Positions 1 to 9,520 of a stretch of DNA of 64,000 nucleotides are shown here, piece after piece. This DNA comes from an uncultured Gemmatimonadaceae bacterium (lineage in GTDB: Bacteria; Gemmatimonadota; Gemmatimonadetes; Gemmatimonadales; Gemmatimonadaceae). The notes under the pieces are model-generated. The model did not search any database and was not told where the DNA came from. It worked only from the letters and a program-made list of their open reading frames with translations. Location of the stretch: NCBI GenBank assembly GCA_963829055.1, contig CAWHHI010000012.1, positions 64,001-128,000 of the forward strand, in the 5' to 3' direction. Each line of letters opens with the position of its first letter. The stretch's first letter is position 1. A program made the position numbers and the translations under genes.

Positions 1-1219
1 TAACGACCCGAGCGCGGAGAGCTTGCCCGAGACCGTGCGGATCGTGTTGATGTCGACGAGCGCAGCCGCAAGGTTGTTGAGCTGGATGTTCGCTTCGGCG
101 CGGAGGAGGATCAGTTCCTCGTTGCGGATGATCGGCACGTCCGTGCTCGGCGTCGCATAGATCGTGAACGCATAGTTCGCCGGAATGCCCGTTCCCTGCG
201 GTGGTGAGACAGGGTTCGCGAGCTTGACCACCTTTCTCCCGACGCGATCGTCCAGCGTCGTACCATCGGCTTGCTTCTGAGCGTCGGTCACGATGCTCGC
301 GTGCGCGAACAGGTTGCCGTTATTCGCGGTCGAGAGGCTGTTCTGCACGTCGCCGGTGGCGGTGCTGTAGTTGTTGTACACACCGGCGTTCAGCTGCGCC
401 AGGCTGGTCGCAGCGCCCGGAGCGGTGGCGAACGACTCGCCGATCGCGGTCAGCGCCTGCGTGAAGCACGGAGCTCCGCAGCCCTGCGTACCACGATTCA
501 CGAGCACCCGCGCGAGAATCGCGCGGTTGAACTTGAGGAAGGTGGCGGGCGTGTCGAAACCAGCGAAGCCCTTGCTGAGCGTGAACGGAAACGCGGCCCC
601 ACCGGCGGAAAGGTCGGCCTTCCCCTGCTCGAGCATTCCGGTGGAGAACTTGTACGCTGAATCCTTGCTGACGAACGGGCGCCAGCTCGTTCGGGTCCTC
701 GTTGACGTCAACCGGCGTCCCGAGCGTATCGCGCGCGTACAGCACGTACATCACGTCCAGGCCGCGAATGGTCTTCGCGAAACCGGTCGTCGCCTTCTTC
801 TGTGCATCGGTCAAGGTCGACGCTTCGACCGCGTTCATCAGATTGACCGCGTTCCGCATGTTGTTGAAGCGGTTGTTCCAGTTGGTCCCGGTGGCGCCGA
901 AGCCGCCCGGATCGATCGTCTTTCCTCCGGGGCCGGGGCCCGGAACGCCCACCAGGAACCCGGTGACGTTGCGCGTGTCCGTCGAGAAATAGACATACGA
1001 CTCACGGCCAAGGAAGCCGAAGTCCTGGCTCGTGCCGGGCTGCAGCGATCGCTCGCGCTCGATGAGACCCGTCGCGGCCAGTTGAATTCCTTGAGGATCC
1101 TTGGACACGCCGTCCGTAGTCGGCGCGTTGTAGTTCGGGATCGCGAGACGGTCGGCACTGCAGGCCGCCGCTCCCAGAAGTGCTCCCGAGAGCACCCATC
1201 CCTTCAGGGTGTACTTCAT
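1..1219 (-). CDS. RagB/SusD-family outer-membrane lipoprotein (frameshift near 680; runs off the window start)
   Basis: Lipoprotein signal (MKYTLKGWVLSGALLGAAAC). After the frameshift the minus strand reads ...FDTPATFLKFNRAILAR...PIIRNEELILLRAEANIQL, a typical SusD C-terminal motif. Lies directly downstream of a SusC-like gene. Confidence 0.88.
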
Positions 1220-1274
1220 CCGTTAGCTATCTCCTCGAATGCCCGGAGGCACCCGTTCGTTGATTCGTTAGGTG

Positions 1275-1373
1275 GTCATTCCGAGCGAAGTCAGGGAACC
1301 GACGTCGTCGCAGCTGGGGCAAACCCCTGCGGCCACAATCGCGGTTCCTCTCACTTCGCTGCCTCGGAAAGAC
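1275..1373. repeat. REP-like imperfect palindrome between susC and susD
   Basis: GTCATTCCGAGCGAAGTCAGGGAACCG ... CGGTTCCTCTCACTTCGCTGCCTCGGAAAGAC form a long imperfect stem. The same GTCATTCCGAGCG head occurs at ~7262. Confidence 0.7.
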
Positions 1374-1383
1374 AACGCGCTGC

Positions 1384-4300
1384 TCAGAAGCCGATGTCGA
1401 AGCTCAGGAAGAACGAACGGCTGGGCGGCCACGGTGCGAGGTCGACGAACCGCGCGACGACGTTGCCGCCGTTGTTCACTTCCGGATCGACGCCGTTGTA
1501 GCCCGAGATGATGAACAGGTTTCTGCCAGCGAGGTTGACACGCATGTTGTCGACGCCGCGGACCTTCGAGAGCATGTTGCGCGGAACGTCCCACGACAGG
1601 CTGACTTCACGGACCTTCGTGTAGGACCCGTCCATCAGGTACGCTGCCGTGTTCGCGCCACCGTTCCACAGGTCGTAGCGGTACTTCCCGAGGGGGACGC
1701 CGGCCTTTGGCGACGCGTCCTCGTAATCCCACGTGTTCTCGCCCTCGTCGTACAGGTTCAGCGTCATGTTCGAGAGCGTGCCGCCGTGGCGGTAGTCCAC
1801 GAGCACGTTGAGCGCGAACGCCTTGTACGTGAGGTCGTTGCCGAACTGCATCAGGTACTTCGGGTTCGCGTCGGCGAGCGGAATGTTGCCCACGCCGTCG
1901 ACAGCACCCCAGATCGTGCTGACGCGATTGCCGGAGGCAAAGCGCAGCCGCCCGTAGGCGTTACCGAAGCCACCGGTCGAGTTGATCGTAAACGGCAGCA
2001 CGCCTTCGCCCAGCGTCTTGATCTCCGCGTAGTTCTGCGTGTGCGACGCGCGCGACGTCCAGCTGAAGTTCTGGGTCTGCACGGGAACGATCGTGAGGCC
2101 GACCTCCGTTCCCTGCGACTCCATCTCGCCGCTGTTGTCTGATCGTCTGCGTGATGCCGCTGGACGGCGCGAGCACAGGCCTAACGAGCAGATCGGTGAT
2201 GTTGCGCCTGAAGTACGTCGCCTCGAAGCCGAATGCGCTCGTTCCACGCCGTGACGTCGGTGCCGAACTCCGTCTCGGCTTGCGTCTCAGGCTTGATGTT
2301 GGCGTTGCCGACCGTCGCCGCCTGGATGAAGGCGGGACGCCCGTCGATCAAGGCGGCGTTGGTGACGGTCAGGAACCGATCGCCGTAGTTCGGCTGGTTG
2401 CCCGACAGGCCGTACGCGCCGCGGAGCTTGATCTCGTTGATGAATGGGAGCGGGCTGACGAAGCGGTACGACGCCGCGCCGCGCGGGAACGTGTAGAACT
2501 TGCTCGATGTCACCGTTCACGCTCGAACGCTCGGCGCGGACGGCGCCCGAGACGTAGAGCTTCTCGCTGAACAGGAAGCCTTCGAGCTGTCCGAAGTACG
2601 ACTGGTTGCGAACGATCTGGCGGTTCTGCGTCGTCGCGGTGTTCGCGGCGCCGGAGGCGTTGAACTGCTGCGGCGCGAGACCACGGCCCTGAATGTTGTA
2701 GTCGTTGAGCGTACGATCCGTGTACTGGATGCCGCCCTGAGCCGTCGTGCGAAGCATCGAACCGAAGTTCCAATCGAACACGGCCGCCGTCTGGAAGCTC
2801 GTGTTCAGCTCAGTGCCGTTCCCCTGAATCGCAACGCCGGGGAACGCGCCGGCCTGGACGGAACCGGGAGTCTGGAACTGAAGCGAGGTCGGGGCATAGA
2901 CGTAGTTCTCGTTGGAGAAGCGGTCCACGCCACCGGACGCCGTGAACTGCAGCGCGCCCTTGTCACCGGTCCATGCCGAGTAGTTCAGCGCGGCCGCCGC
3001 CGATGATTCGGTACACGTCCTCGTTCGTGCGCATGAGGTCGAACGTCTGGAACGGGTTCGACGCCGCCTTCACGCCGCCGGGCGGGAACGGGTTGAACAG
3101 GTAATTCCCCTGCGAGTTCTTGGTTTGCAGGTTGAGCACGGCGGGCGTGTAGCCGAACGCGTAGAGCGGGCTCGAGAACGTGTTGTCGTTGTTCGAGACG
3201 CCACGCTGCGCGAAGGAGCGCAGCATGTTCGCGTTGAGGCCGACCGTGATCTTGCTGCCAATGTTCTGGTCGACGTTGGCGCGAAGCGACTGACGCCTGG
3301 CACCCGTCTGGTTCGCAGTGCCGGCCTCGACCTTGTGGAGGCCAGACACGAAGTAGCGCGTGTTCGACGCGCCGCCCGTGAGACTCGCGACCGCCTCGTA
3401 CGACGGCTTCGTCTCACCGAACATCTCCTTCTGGTAGTTGTAGTGCGGGCAGTTCGGCGTGCAGACGGAACGAGCGGCAGCCTGTGCATCGGGGTTACCC
3501 GACGTCGCGCCGACCGAGAGCAGCTCGTCGAGCGTCTCGAAGTTGCGCGAGTCCTGGAGGCGCATGGCCTGATACGTTCCACCACGCATCGTCAGGTTGA
3601 ACTTGGGCGACCCGGCCCTACCACGCTTCGTGGTGATGAGGACGACGCCGTTCGTCGCCTGCGACCCGTAGATCGCAGCCGCGGCGGTGCTCTTCAGCAC
3701 CTCGATCGACTCGATGTCGTTCGGGTTGATGTCGGCGAGCCGGTTCGTGCCGTTCTCCTCGCCGGAGTTGAGCGAGCCGGTCGCGACTGCCTGACGCGTG
3801 CTGCGAACGGAGTTCGAGACGACGACGCCGTCGACGACGAACAGCGGCTGCGTGTTGCCGATCAGCGAGCTCGCGCCGCGGATCTGCACCTGCGCACCGC
3901 CGCCCGGGGCGCCGTTGTTCATGTTGATGCTCGCGCCGACGACCTTGCCCTGCATGGCACTCTCGATCGACGTCGCAGGCGCGCGGGTGAGATCCTCGGC
4001 GCTGACCGAAGATACCGACGTCGCGGCGTTCTTCTTTTCGATCGTGGTCGCGGTGCCGGTGACCGTCACGCCTTCGAGTTGCAGCACGTCCTTCTCGAGT
4101 GCGAAGTCAGCGGTCGACTGGGTGGCTACCACACGCGCGCCGCCACGCTTGAAGCCGATCGCTCTGACGAGCAGCGTGACGTCCGTTTGCGGTACGCGGA
4201 TGCGATACTCACCGTTCGCATTCGTCCGAACGCCGGCAGGGGAGCCGACCACGCCGACCGTAGCGTCGGCGAGCGGTGTGTTCGAACCGGTTTGGACGAC

Positions 4301-4393
4301 TTTCCCGGTGATCTCTCGCGTCGCCTGGGCTCGGGCAATGCCCGGCACCATCAGCGTCGCGATGAGTGGTACGGCAGACAAGAATCTGCGCAC
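1384..4393 (-). CDS. SusC/RagA-family TonB-dependent receptor (several frameshifts)
   Basis: ORF fragments 2963-4393, 2287-2928, 2181-2513 and 1384-2247. Signal peptide, CarboxypepD-like domain, plug motif INPNDIESIEVLK..AAAIYGS..TNGVVLITTKRG, IKPETQAETEFG, C-terminal SFFLSFDIGF. Confidence 0.93.
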
Positions 4394-4455
4394 ATCTTCC
4401 TCCGTTTTCTCGGGTTGAGTGGGACTGGTGGACGAAATTTCCCATCTCGGCCCGG

Positions 4456-4484
4456 ATTCTCGCGGTCTGTCACCGAACTGTCAA
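4456..4484 (-). promoter_or_regulatory. Putative sigma70-type promoter of susC overlapped by an 11-bp-period CTGTCA direct repeat
   Basis: Minus strand TTGACA (4479-4484), 17-nt spacer, GAGAAT (4456-4461). CTGTCA at 4467-4472 and 4478-4483 on the plus strand. Confidence 0.5.
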
Positions 4485-4717
4485 GCTTCGCCCGGCATTT
4501 TGGGACGAAGCGCGAGAAACGAACGACATACGGGCGTGAAATCGCGCGCTCCCGCATGATCCGAGGTGGCAAACCGTCCGAATTGGTGACGAATCGTAGA
4601 CGGTCGCGGACGATGCTGCGCAACCGGGTTGTCGCCGTCGTGTGTCTTGACGCGCGGTGCGCCAGCGATAGGCTATCGGCTATTCGCACCACCGACCCGT
4701 TCGAGGGAGTCAACTCA

Positions 4718-7003
4718 ATGCGTCGCGCATACCGCAGGACGTCTCGCCCGATGACGGTTTTCGCCGTCGCCATCTGCTCCGCGTTCGCTGCACCCACTCG
4801 CGCGGTCGCGCAGACAGCGCCGCCTGCGTCGACGTTCTCGATCGACGATGCGCTCAATGTCGTCAGCTACTCGCAATCAGATCTGAGCGACGACGGACGC
4901 TGGCTCGCGACGGTGTCCGTGAGCCGTCGCGACGGCATCGGCGTCGATTACCGGCGTGATGGCGACCCGACCTACATCCGCCCAGCGGCGGGGATGGTGT
5001 GGGTCATCGAGACCGCGACGGGCAAGTCGCGCGCACTGTTCCCGGACAAGCGGAACGCGAAGAGTCTCGCCTGGTCCCCCGACGGTGCCCGGCTCGCGAT
5101 GCTCGTCCTGCACAACGACGCGTTCGAGCCCGTGATCTGGGAGCGCGCGACGGGACGCGCGACGACGGTGGCGACACCGCCGGGAACGTACGTGGCCGAG
5201 AATAGCGACGTGCGCTGGACGAGCGACGGCGCGTCGATCGTGTTCGCCCTGCACCGCGACGCGTGGAAGAAGTCGATCCATGAGCAGTTCGATCGATACA
5301 CGAAGGGACCGGTGTTCGTGCAGTCGAGCAGCGATCCGTTCCTGGCGTGGGATGATCTCCGGCGCTCCGCGAACAAGCGCTCGGTCGCGGCATACGATCT
5401 CGCGACCCGTCGCACGCGTGAGATCATCCCCGAAGGCATGATCGCCTCGTACACGCTGGTCACCGGCGACTCGGTCGTCGTGTACAGCGAGGACGTCACG
5501 ACCAAGACCGACTACGACGTCATCTTCGGCACCGAGAACCGGCTGATGGCGCGCACGCCCGGTGCGGCAGCGCCACGAACGGTGCTTCCCTCGCTCAAGT
5601 CCACGAACGTGGTGTGGACCGAAGACGGTCGGCGCTTCGCGTACGGAAAGGAAGGCCGCGTGTTCATTGGATCGCCGAAGGACAGTGGCGGTAGACAGAT
5701 CGCGGGTCCGGCGGCCGGCGCTCCGCGCGACACGAGCACGGCCGATACGTCGGCGGCGGCGCGGGAACGTCGCGCGCGCGAACGATTCACGCCGGTGCGA
5801 TTCAACAGCACAGGCGAGCTGCTGCTGCTGTCCAACCGACAGGGCCTGTGGGTCGCCGACGTCGCGACCGGCAACAAGGATCTCATGCTGGAGATCGCGC
5901 CGGACTCCTCGACGCAGGGTCCGCGCATGACGGCGATCGGCTGGAGCCCCGATAGCCGCTACGTCTATCTCACGTCAGCGTCGCGCACGAACTGGGAACG
6001 CGGCATCGCGCGGTTCGACCGCACGACGAAGCGCCTCGATGAGCTGGTGAAGGACGGGCGGATGTACTCGAACTTCCGCCTCTCGAAGAACGGCTCGGTC
6101 GCGATGGTCTCGATTGCGGACGGCAACCGACCGCCGGACATCTATGTGGGAGACGCGTCACTTGGCGGGATTCGCCGGATCACGGATGCCAATCCGTGGA
6201 TGCGCGAGCGGAAGATCGGTAGTACGGAGCTGCTCTCGTACCTCGACGCCGATGGGCATCAGAAGTACGGCGTCGTCTACTATCCCGCGAACTACACCAA
6301 GGGCCAGCGCTATCCCACGCTGTTCAACATCTACGAGGACTTCTTCGACGACGCGTTCGACGCGACGGCGAACGTGCTGACGGCCGCCGGCTACGTGGTG
6401 GTGAAGCCGTCGGTCGACTTCGACATCGGGTATCCCGGCGAGGCGTGGGTGAAGGGTGTCACATCGGCGGCGAACAAACTCATTGAGATGGGCGTGGCCG
6501 ATTCAGCGCGGCTCGGCGTGCATGGCACGAGCTACGGTGGCTACGCGACGAATCTGCTGATCACGCAGACGAATCGATTCAAGGCCGCCATCAACATCTC
6601 CGGCAAGGTCGATATCATCAGCTTCTACACGGACAGCCCGCGACTCGGCGTCCGCAATGTCCACGCGGCGGAGAAGAGCCAGGATCGGCTCGGCGCAACG
6701 CTCTGGCAGCAGCCGCAGAAGTACGTCGCGCATTCGGCGATCATGTTCGCGGATCGCATCACGACCCCGCTCCTGCTGATGACGGGCGACCAGGACTCGA
6801 ACGTTCCGGCGAACAACACGCGCGAGATGTACTACGCGCTGCGTCGCCTCGGGAAAACGGTGGAGTGGGTGAACTACATGAACAGCGGTCACGGCACGCC
6901 GGCGACGACGGTCGAAGATTTCACGGACTTCCACCGCCGCATGCTCGCGTGGTACCAGAAGTACCTGAAGGTCGAGCCGAAGAAGGTGGCGGAGGCGCGT
7001 TAG
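4718..7003 (+). CDS. S9 family (prolyl oligopeptidase / dipeptidyl-aminopeptidase-like) exported peptidase
   Basis: ATG 4718 after GAGGGAG; signal-peptide-like N-terminus; beta-propeller repeats (WSPDG); nucleophile GTSYGG, GDQDSNVP, C-terminal SGHG. The ORF-track extension to 3125 is antisense shadow of susC. Confidence 0.92.
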   Translation: MRRAYRRTSRPMTVFAVAICSAFAAPTRAVAQTAPPASTFSIDDALNVVSYSQSDLSDDGRWLATVSVSRRDGIGVDYRRDGDPTYIRPAAGMVWVIETATGKSRALFPDKRNAKSLAWSPDGARLAMLVLHNDAFEPVIWERATGRATTVATPPGTYVAENSDVRWTSDGASIVFALHRDAWKKSIHEQFDRYTKGPVFVQSSSDPFLAWDDLRRSANKRSVAAYDLATRRTREIIPEGMIASYTLVTGDSVVVYSEDVTTKTDYDVIFGTENRLMARTPGAAAPRTVLPSLKSTNVVWTEDGRRFAYGKEGRVFIGSPKDSGGRQIAGPAAGAPRDTSTADTSAAARERRARERFTPVRFNSTGELLLLSNRQGLWVADVATGNKDLMLEIAPDSSTQGPRMTAIGWSPDSRYVYLTSASRTNWERGIARFDRTTKRLDELVKDGRMYSNFRLSKNGSVAMVSIADGNRPPDIYVGDASLGGIRRITDANPWMRERKIGSTELLSYLDADGHQKYGVVYYPANYTKGQRYPTLFNIYEDFFDDAFDATANVLTAAGYVVVKPSVDFDIGYPGEAWVKGVTSAANKLIEMGVADSARLGVHGTSYGGYATNLLITQTNRFKAAINISGKVDIISFYTDSPRLGVRNVHAAEKSQDRLGATLWQQPQKYVAHSAIMFADRITTPLLLMTGDQDSNVPANNTREMYYALRRLGKTVEWVNYMNSGHGTPATTVEDFTDFHRRMLAWYQKYLKVEPKKVAEAR

Positions 7004-7040
7004 GTGTGACGCGATGATCGCGGATGCTTAGTGCTGGGTT

Positions 7041-7427
7041 CATCGCGCCGCGGCCGGTGGGAACTGCGATTTGGCGGATGACACGGAAAACGGCCGGATA
7101 CAACTTTGCATTGACGCTGGCTCATCACCGGACTCTGAACTAATGGGAACGGCCGCTCGGGACGCCAGTGCGTCCCGAGCGGCCGTTCCCAACAGATCCC
7201 GGCTCGTCTGGCGAGAGGAGACTCGTCACCTGAACGGCGACCGTGAATGCAAAGCCGGGCTGTCATTCCGAGCGGAGCCGCGAAGCGGCGCAGTCGAGGA
7301 ATCGCGATCATCCGGGTCGAGCGGCCCTACGGCGCAATCGCGATTCCGGGAATGCAACGCCGTGGAATCCGGTCGTTTCGCAGTTCCGATCCGCCGAATC
7401 GTAGTTCCCACCGGCCCCGGCGCGATG
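7041..7427. mobile_element. MITE/REPIN-like element with ~60-bp imperfect terminal inverted repeats and an internal REP-like palindrome
   Basis: 7041-7101 (CATCGCGCCGCGGCCGGTGGGAACTGCGATTTGGCGGATG...CGGCCGGATAC) matches the reverse complement of 7364-7427 with few mismatches. Internal TGTCATTCCGAGCGGAGCCGCGAAGCGGCGCAGTCGAGGAATCGCGAT at 7261. Confidence 0.55.
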
Positions 7428-7437
7428 CACTGTCTGG

Positions 7438-8640
7438 CTAGCCGCGGCTGACATTTCGGATCTCGTCCGGTAGCGCATCCAGCAACGGCCGGAGCTCCGT
7501 CGCGCGATCGAGCGTCGTCACGAACGTGAGTCCTGGCAGCGTCACCACCAGCATGCTCGATACTCCGTAGAGCACCACCGGCACGCCCTCGGCATGCACG
7601 ACGTTCCCCGTGCATTCCACGAAGTGCACCTCGCCGTGTGCGCCGTTCCCGTCGTCGTCGAGCTCCCGCGCGCGGCGCAGGGAGGCCCACGTGCCGACGT
7701 CGTCCCACCCGAAGTCTCCCGGCACGACCACCAGGTTCGACGTTCGCTCGAGCAGGCCTCGTTCGATCGACACCGACTGGATCATCCCAGCGAAGCGCAC
7801 GAAGTCCCGTTCTCCGAGCGCCTGCAGTCCGTGCGCGAGCTCGGACGCGTGCTCGGACAGTGCGGCGAGCACGTCCTGCGCGCGCCAGACGAAGATCCCG
7901 GAATTCCAGAACGCGCCATCGCTCACGAGCATCTCGGCCAGGATGGGCCCCGGTTTCTCGATGAACGTCTTCACGCGACACGGCGCGCCGTCATCCGCCA
8001 TGCCGCCGTGCAGCGGCTGACCGGGACGCATGTAGCCGAACGCCGTTTCCGGCCGCGTCGCGCGAACGCCGACGGCGGTGAGGACCTTGTCGCGCGCCGC
8101 CACGCGAGCCGCGCGGATCACGGCGTGCCGGAAGAATTCCGGAAATGCCACCGCGAGGTCGGCGTGAATGCAGCAGAAGATCGTCTCCGGCCCCGCGCGC
8201 CGAGCAATCTCCTGTGCGCCCCACGCCAGCGCTGCCGCCGTGCCGAGGGGCCGAGGCTCGACGAGCATGTTCGTCTCCGGGATCTCAGGGATCGCGGCGT
8301 GGATCGCCGGCGCGATGTCGCGGCTCGTCAGCACGAGCACGCGCTCCGGCGGAATGAGCGGCGCGAGGCGGGCCACTGTCTCGGCGATGAGCGGCCGCTC
8401 GCCGATCAGCTTCAACAACTGCTTCGGTCGTTCAGGTGTGCTCAGTGGCCAGAAGCGTGAGCCGATACCGCCCGCCAGCACGATCGCCCACATCGATGAA
8501 TCGGCGTCGAGCTGCGCCTCCGGTTGCGCCTCTTCCGCGGGGAGCGTTGCAACGGGCTCGGTTTCGGATGTCGTCACGGGGACGACCGGCACGGGCATGT
8601 TTCGCATGGGATCTCGTAAACGCGGTCCTGGAGCAGCCAT
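7438..8640 (-). CDS. manC: Mannose-1-phosphate guanylyltransferase
   Basis: WAIVLAGGIGSRFWPLS..RPKQLL, EP.PLGTA, FIEKP, WNSGIFVW, WDDVGTW. Start uncertain. Confidence 0.9.
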   Translation of the reverse strand: MAAPGPRLRDPMRNMPVPVVPVTTSETEPVATLPAEEAQPEAQLDADSSMWAIVLAGGIGSRFWPLSTPERPKQLLKLIGERPLIAETVARLAPLIPPERVLVLTSRDIAPAIHAAIPEIPETNMLVEPRPLGTAAALAWGAQEIARRAGPETIFCCIHADLAVAFPEFFRHAVIRAARVAARDKVLTAVGVRATRPETAFGYMRPGQPLHGGMADDGAPCRVKTFIEKPGPILAEMLVSDGAFWNSGIFVWRAQDVLAALSEHASELAHGLQALGERDFVRFAGMIQSVSIERGLLERTSNLVVVPGDFGWDDVGTWASLRRARELDDDGNGAHGEVHFVECTGNVVHAEGVPVVLYGVSSMLVVTLPGLTFVTTLDRATELRPLLDALPDEIRNVSRG

Positions 8641-8709
8641 GGTCGCGGGGCGTGTAAACTACACAGTCGCAGTGCTGGCGTCTGCCAGTGCGAGAACGGG
8701 GTATCGGGA

Positions 8710-9504
8710 GTGGCCACGATTCATCCTCCACACGGGCGGGGCGACCCTGCCCCGCGGCTCGACGAGCTCGACCTCGAAGCGCATCTCACGGATCCTGCGC
8801 TGAAACAGCGCTTCGTGACGCCGATGTTCGACATCATCGCGCCACGTTACGATCGATTCACGCGCGTCTTCTCGTTCGGGATGGACCGTCGCTGGAAGGC
8901 CGAGCTCACGTCGTGGATGGCGACCGCCATCGGCCCGCGCGACCGCGTCCTGGACCTGGCCTGCGGAACGGGCGATCTCGCGTTCGCCGCGGGTGAGCGC
9001 GCCGTCGATGGCGACGTCCTCGGTGTGGACGCGTCGTCCGTGATGATCGACCTCGCCCGCCAGCGCGCCGAGAAGGATGCGCCCCGCCGGAACGTGCGGT
9101 TCGTCGTCGGCGACATCTCGACCCTCGACGTCCCGACCGCATCGATCGACGCCATCACGGCGGGCTACGCGCTCCGGAACGTTCCGGACTACGCTCGCGC
9201 CGTGGCGGAGATCGCGCGCGTGCTCAAACCCGGCGGCGTCGTGACGACGCTCGACTTCTACCGCCCCCAATCCGTGCTGTGGCGGCGCCTCTTCCTCTGG
9301 TACCTGTCCGTCGCCGGGAACTGGATCGGATGGCTGTGGCACCGCCAGCCGGTCGTGTACGGGTATATCGCGCCGTCGATCGACCACTTCGTGTCGTGGC
9401 AGCGGTTCTCGCGGACGCTCGCGGAGCACGGGCTTCGCGTCGAGTCGGTGCGGACGAAGCTGCTCGGCGGCGTGGCGATCCACATCGCCCGGCGCGCTGC
9501 CTAA
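8710..9504 (+). CDS. UbiE/MenG-family class I SAM methyltransferase
   Basis: MFDIIAPRYD...SFGMDRRWK, VLDLACGTGDLA, GYALRNVPD, RVLKPGG. Confidence 0.88.
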   Translation: MATIHPPHGRGDPAPRLDELDLEAHLTDPALKQRFVTPMFDIIAPRYDRFTRVFSFGMDRRWKAELTSWMATAIGPRDRVLDLACGTGDLAFAAGERAVDGDVLGVDASSVMIDLARQRAEKDAPRRNVRFVVGDISTLDVPTASIDAITAGYALRNVPDYARAVAEIARVLKPGGVVTTLDFYRPQSVLWRRLFLWYLSVAGNWIGWLWHRQPVVYGYIAPSIDHFVSWQRFSRTLAEHGLRVESVRTKLLGGVAIHIARRAA

Positions 9505-9520
9505 CGTCGTTCCGTAGCGC

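Noticed and set aside
3125..4717. N-terminal 531 codons of the 1292-aa plus-strand ORF
   Set aside because: Antisense shadow of susC and the intergenic region; the real peptidase starts at 4718 after an RBS.
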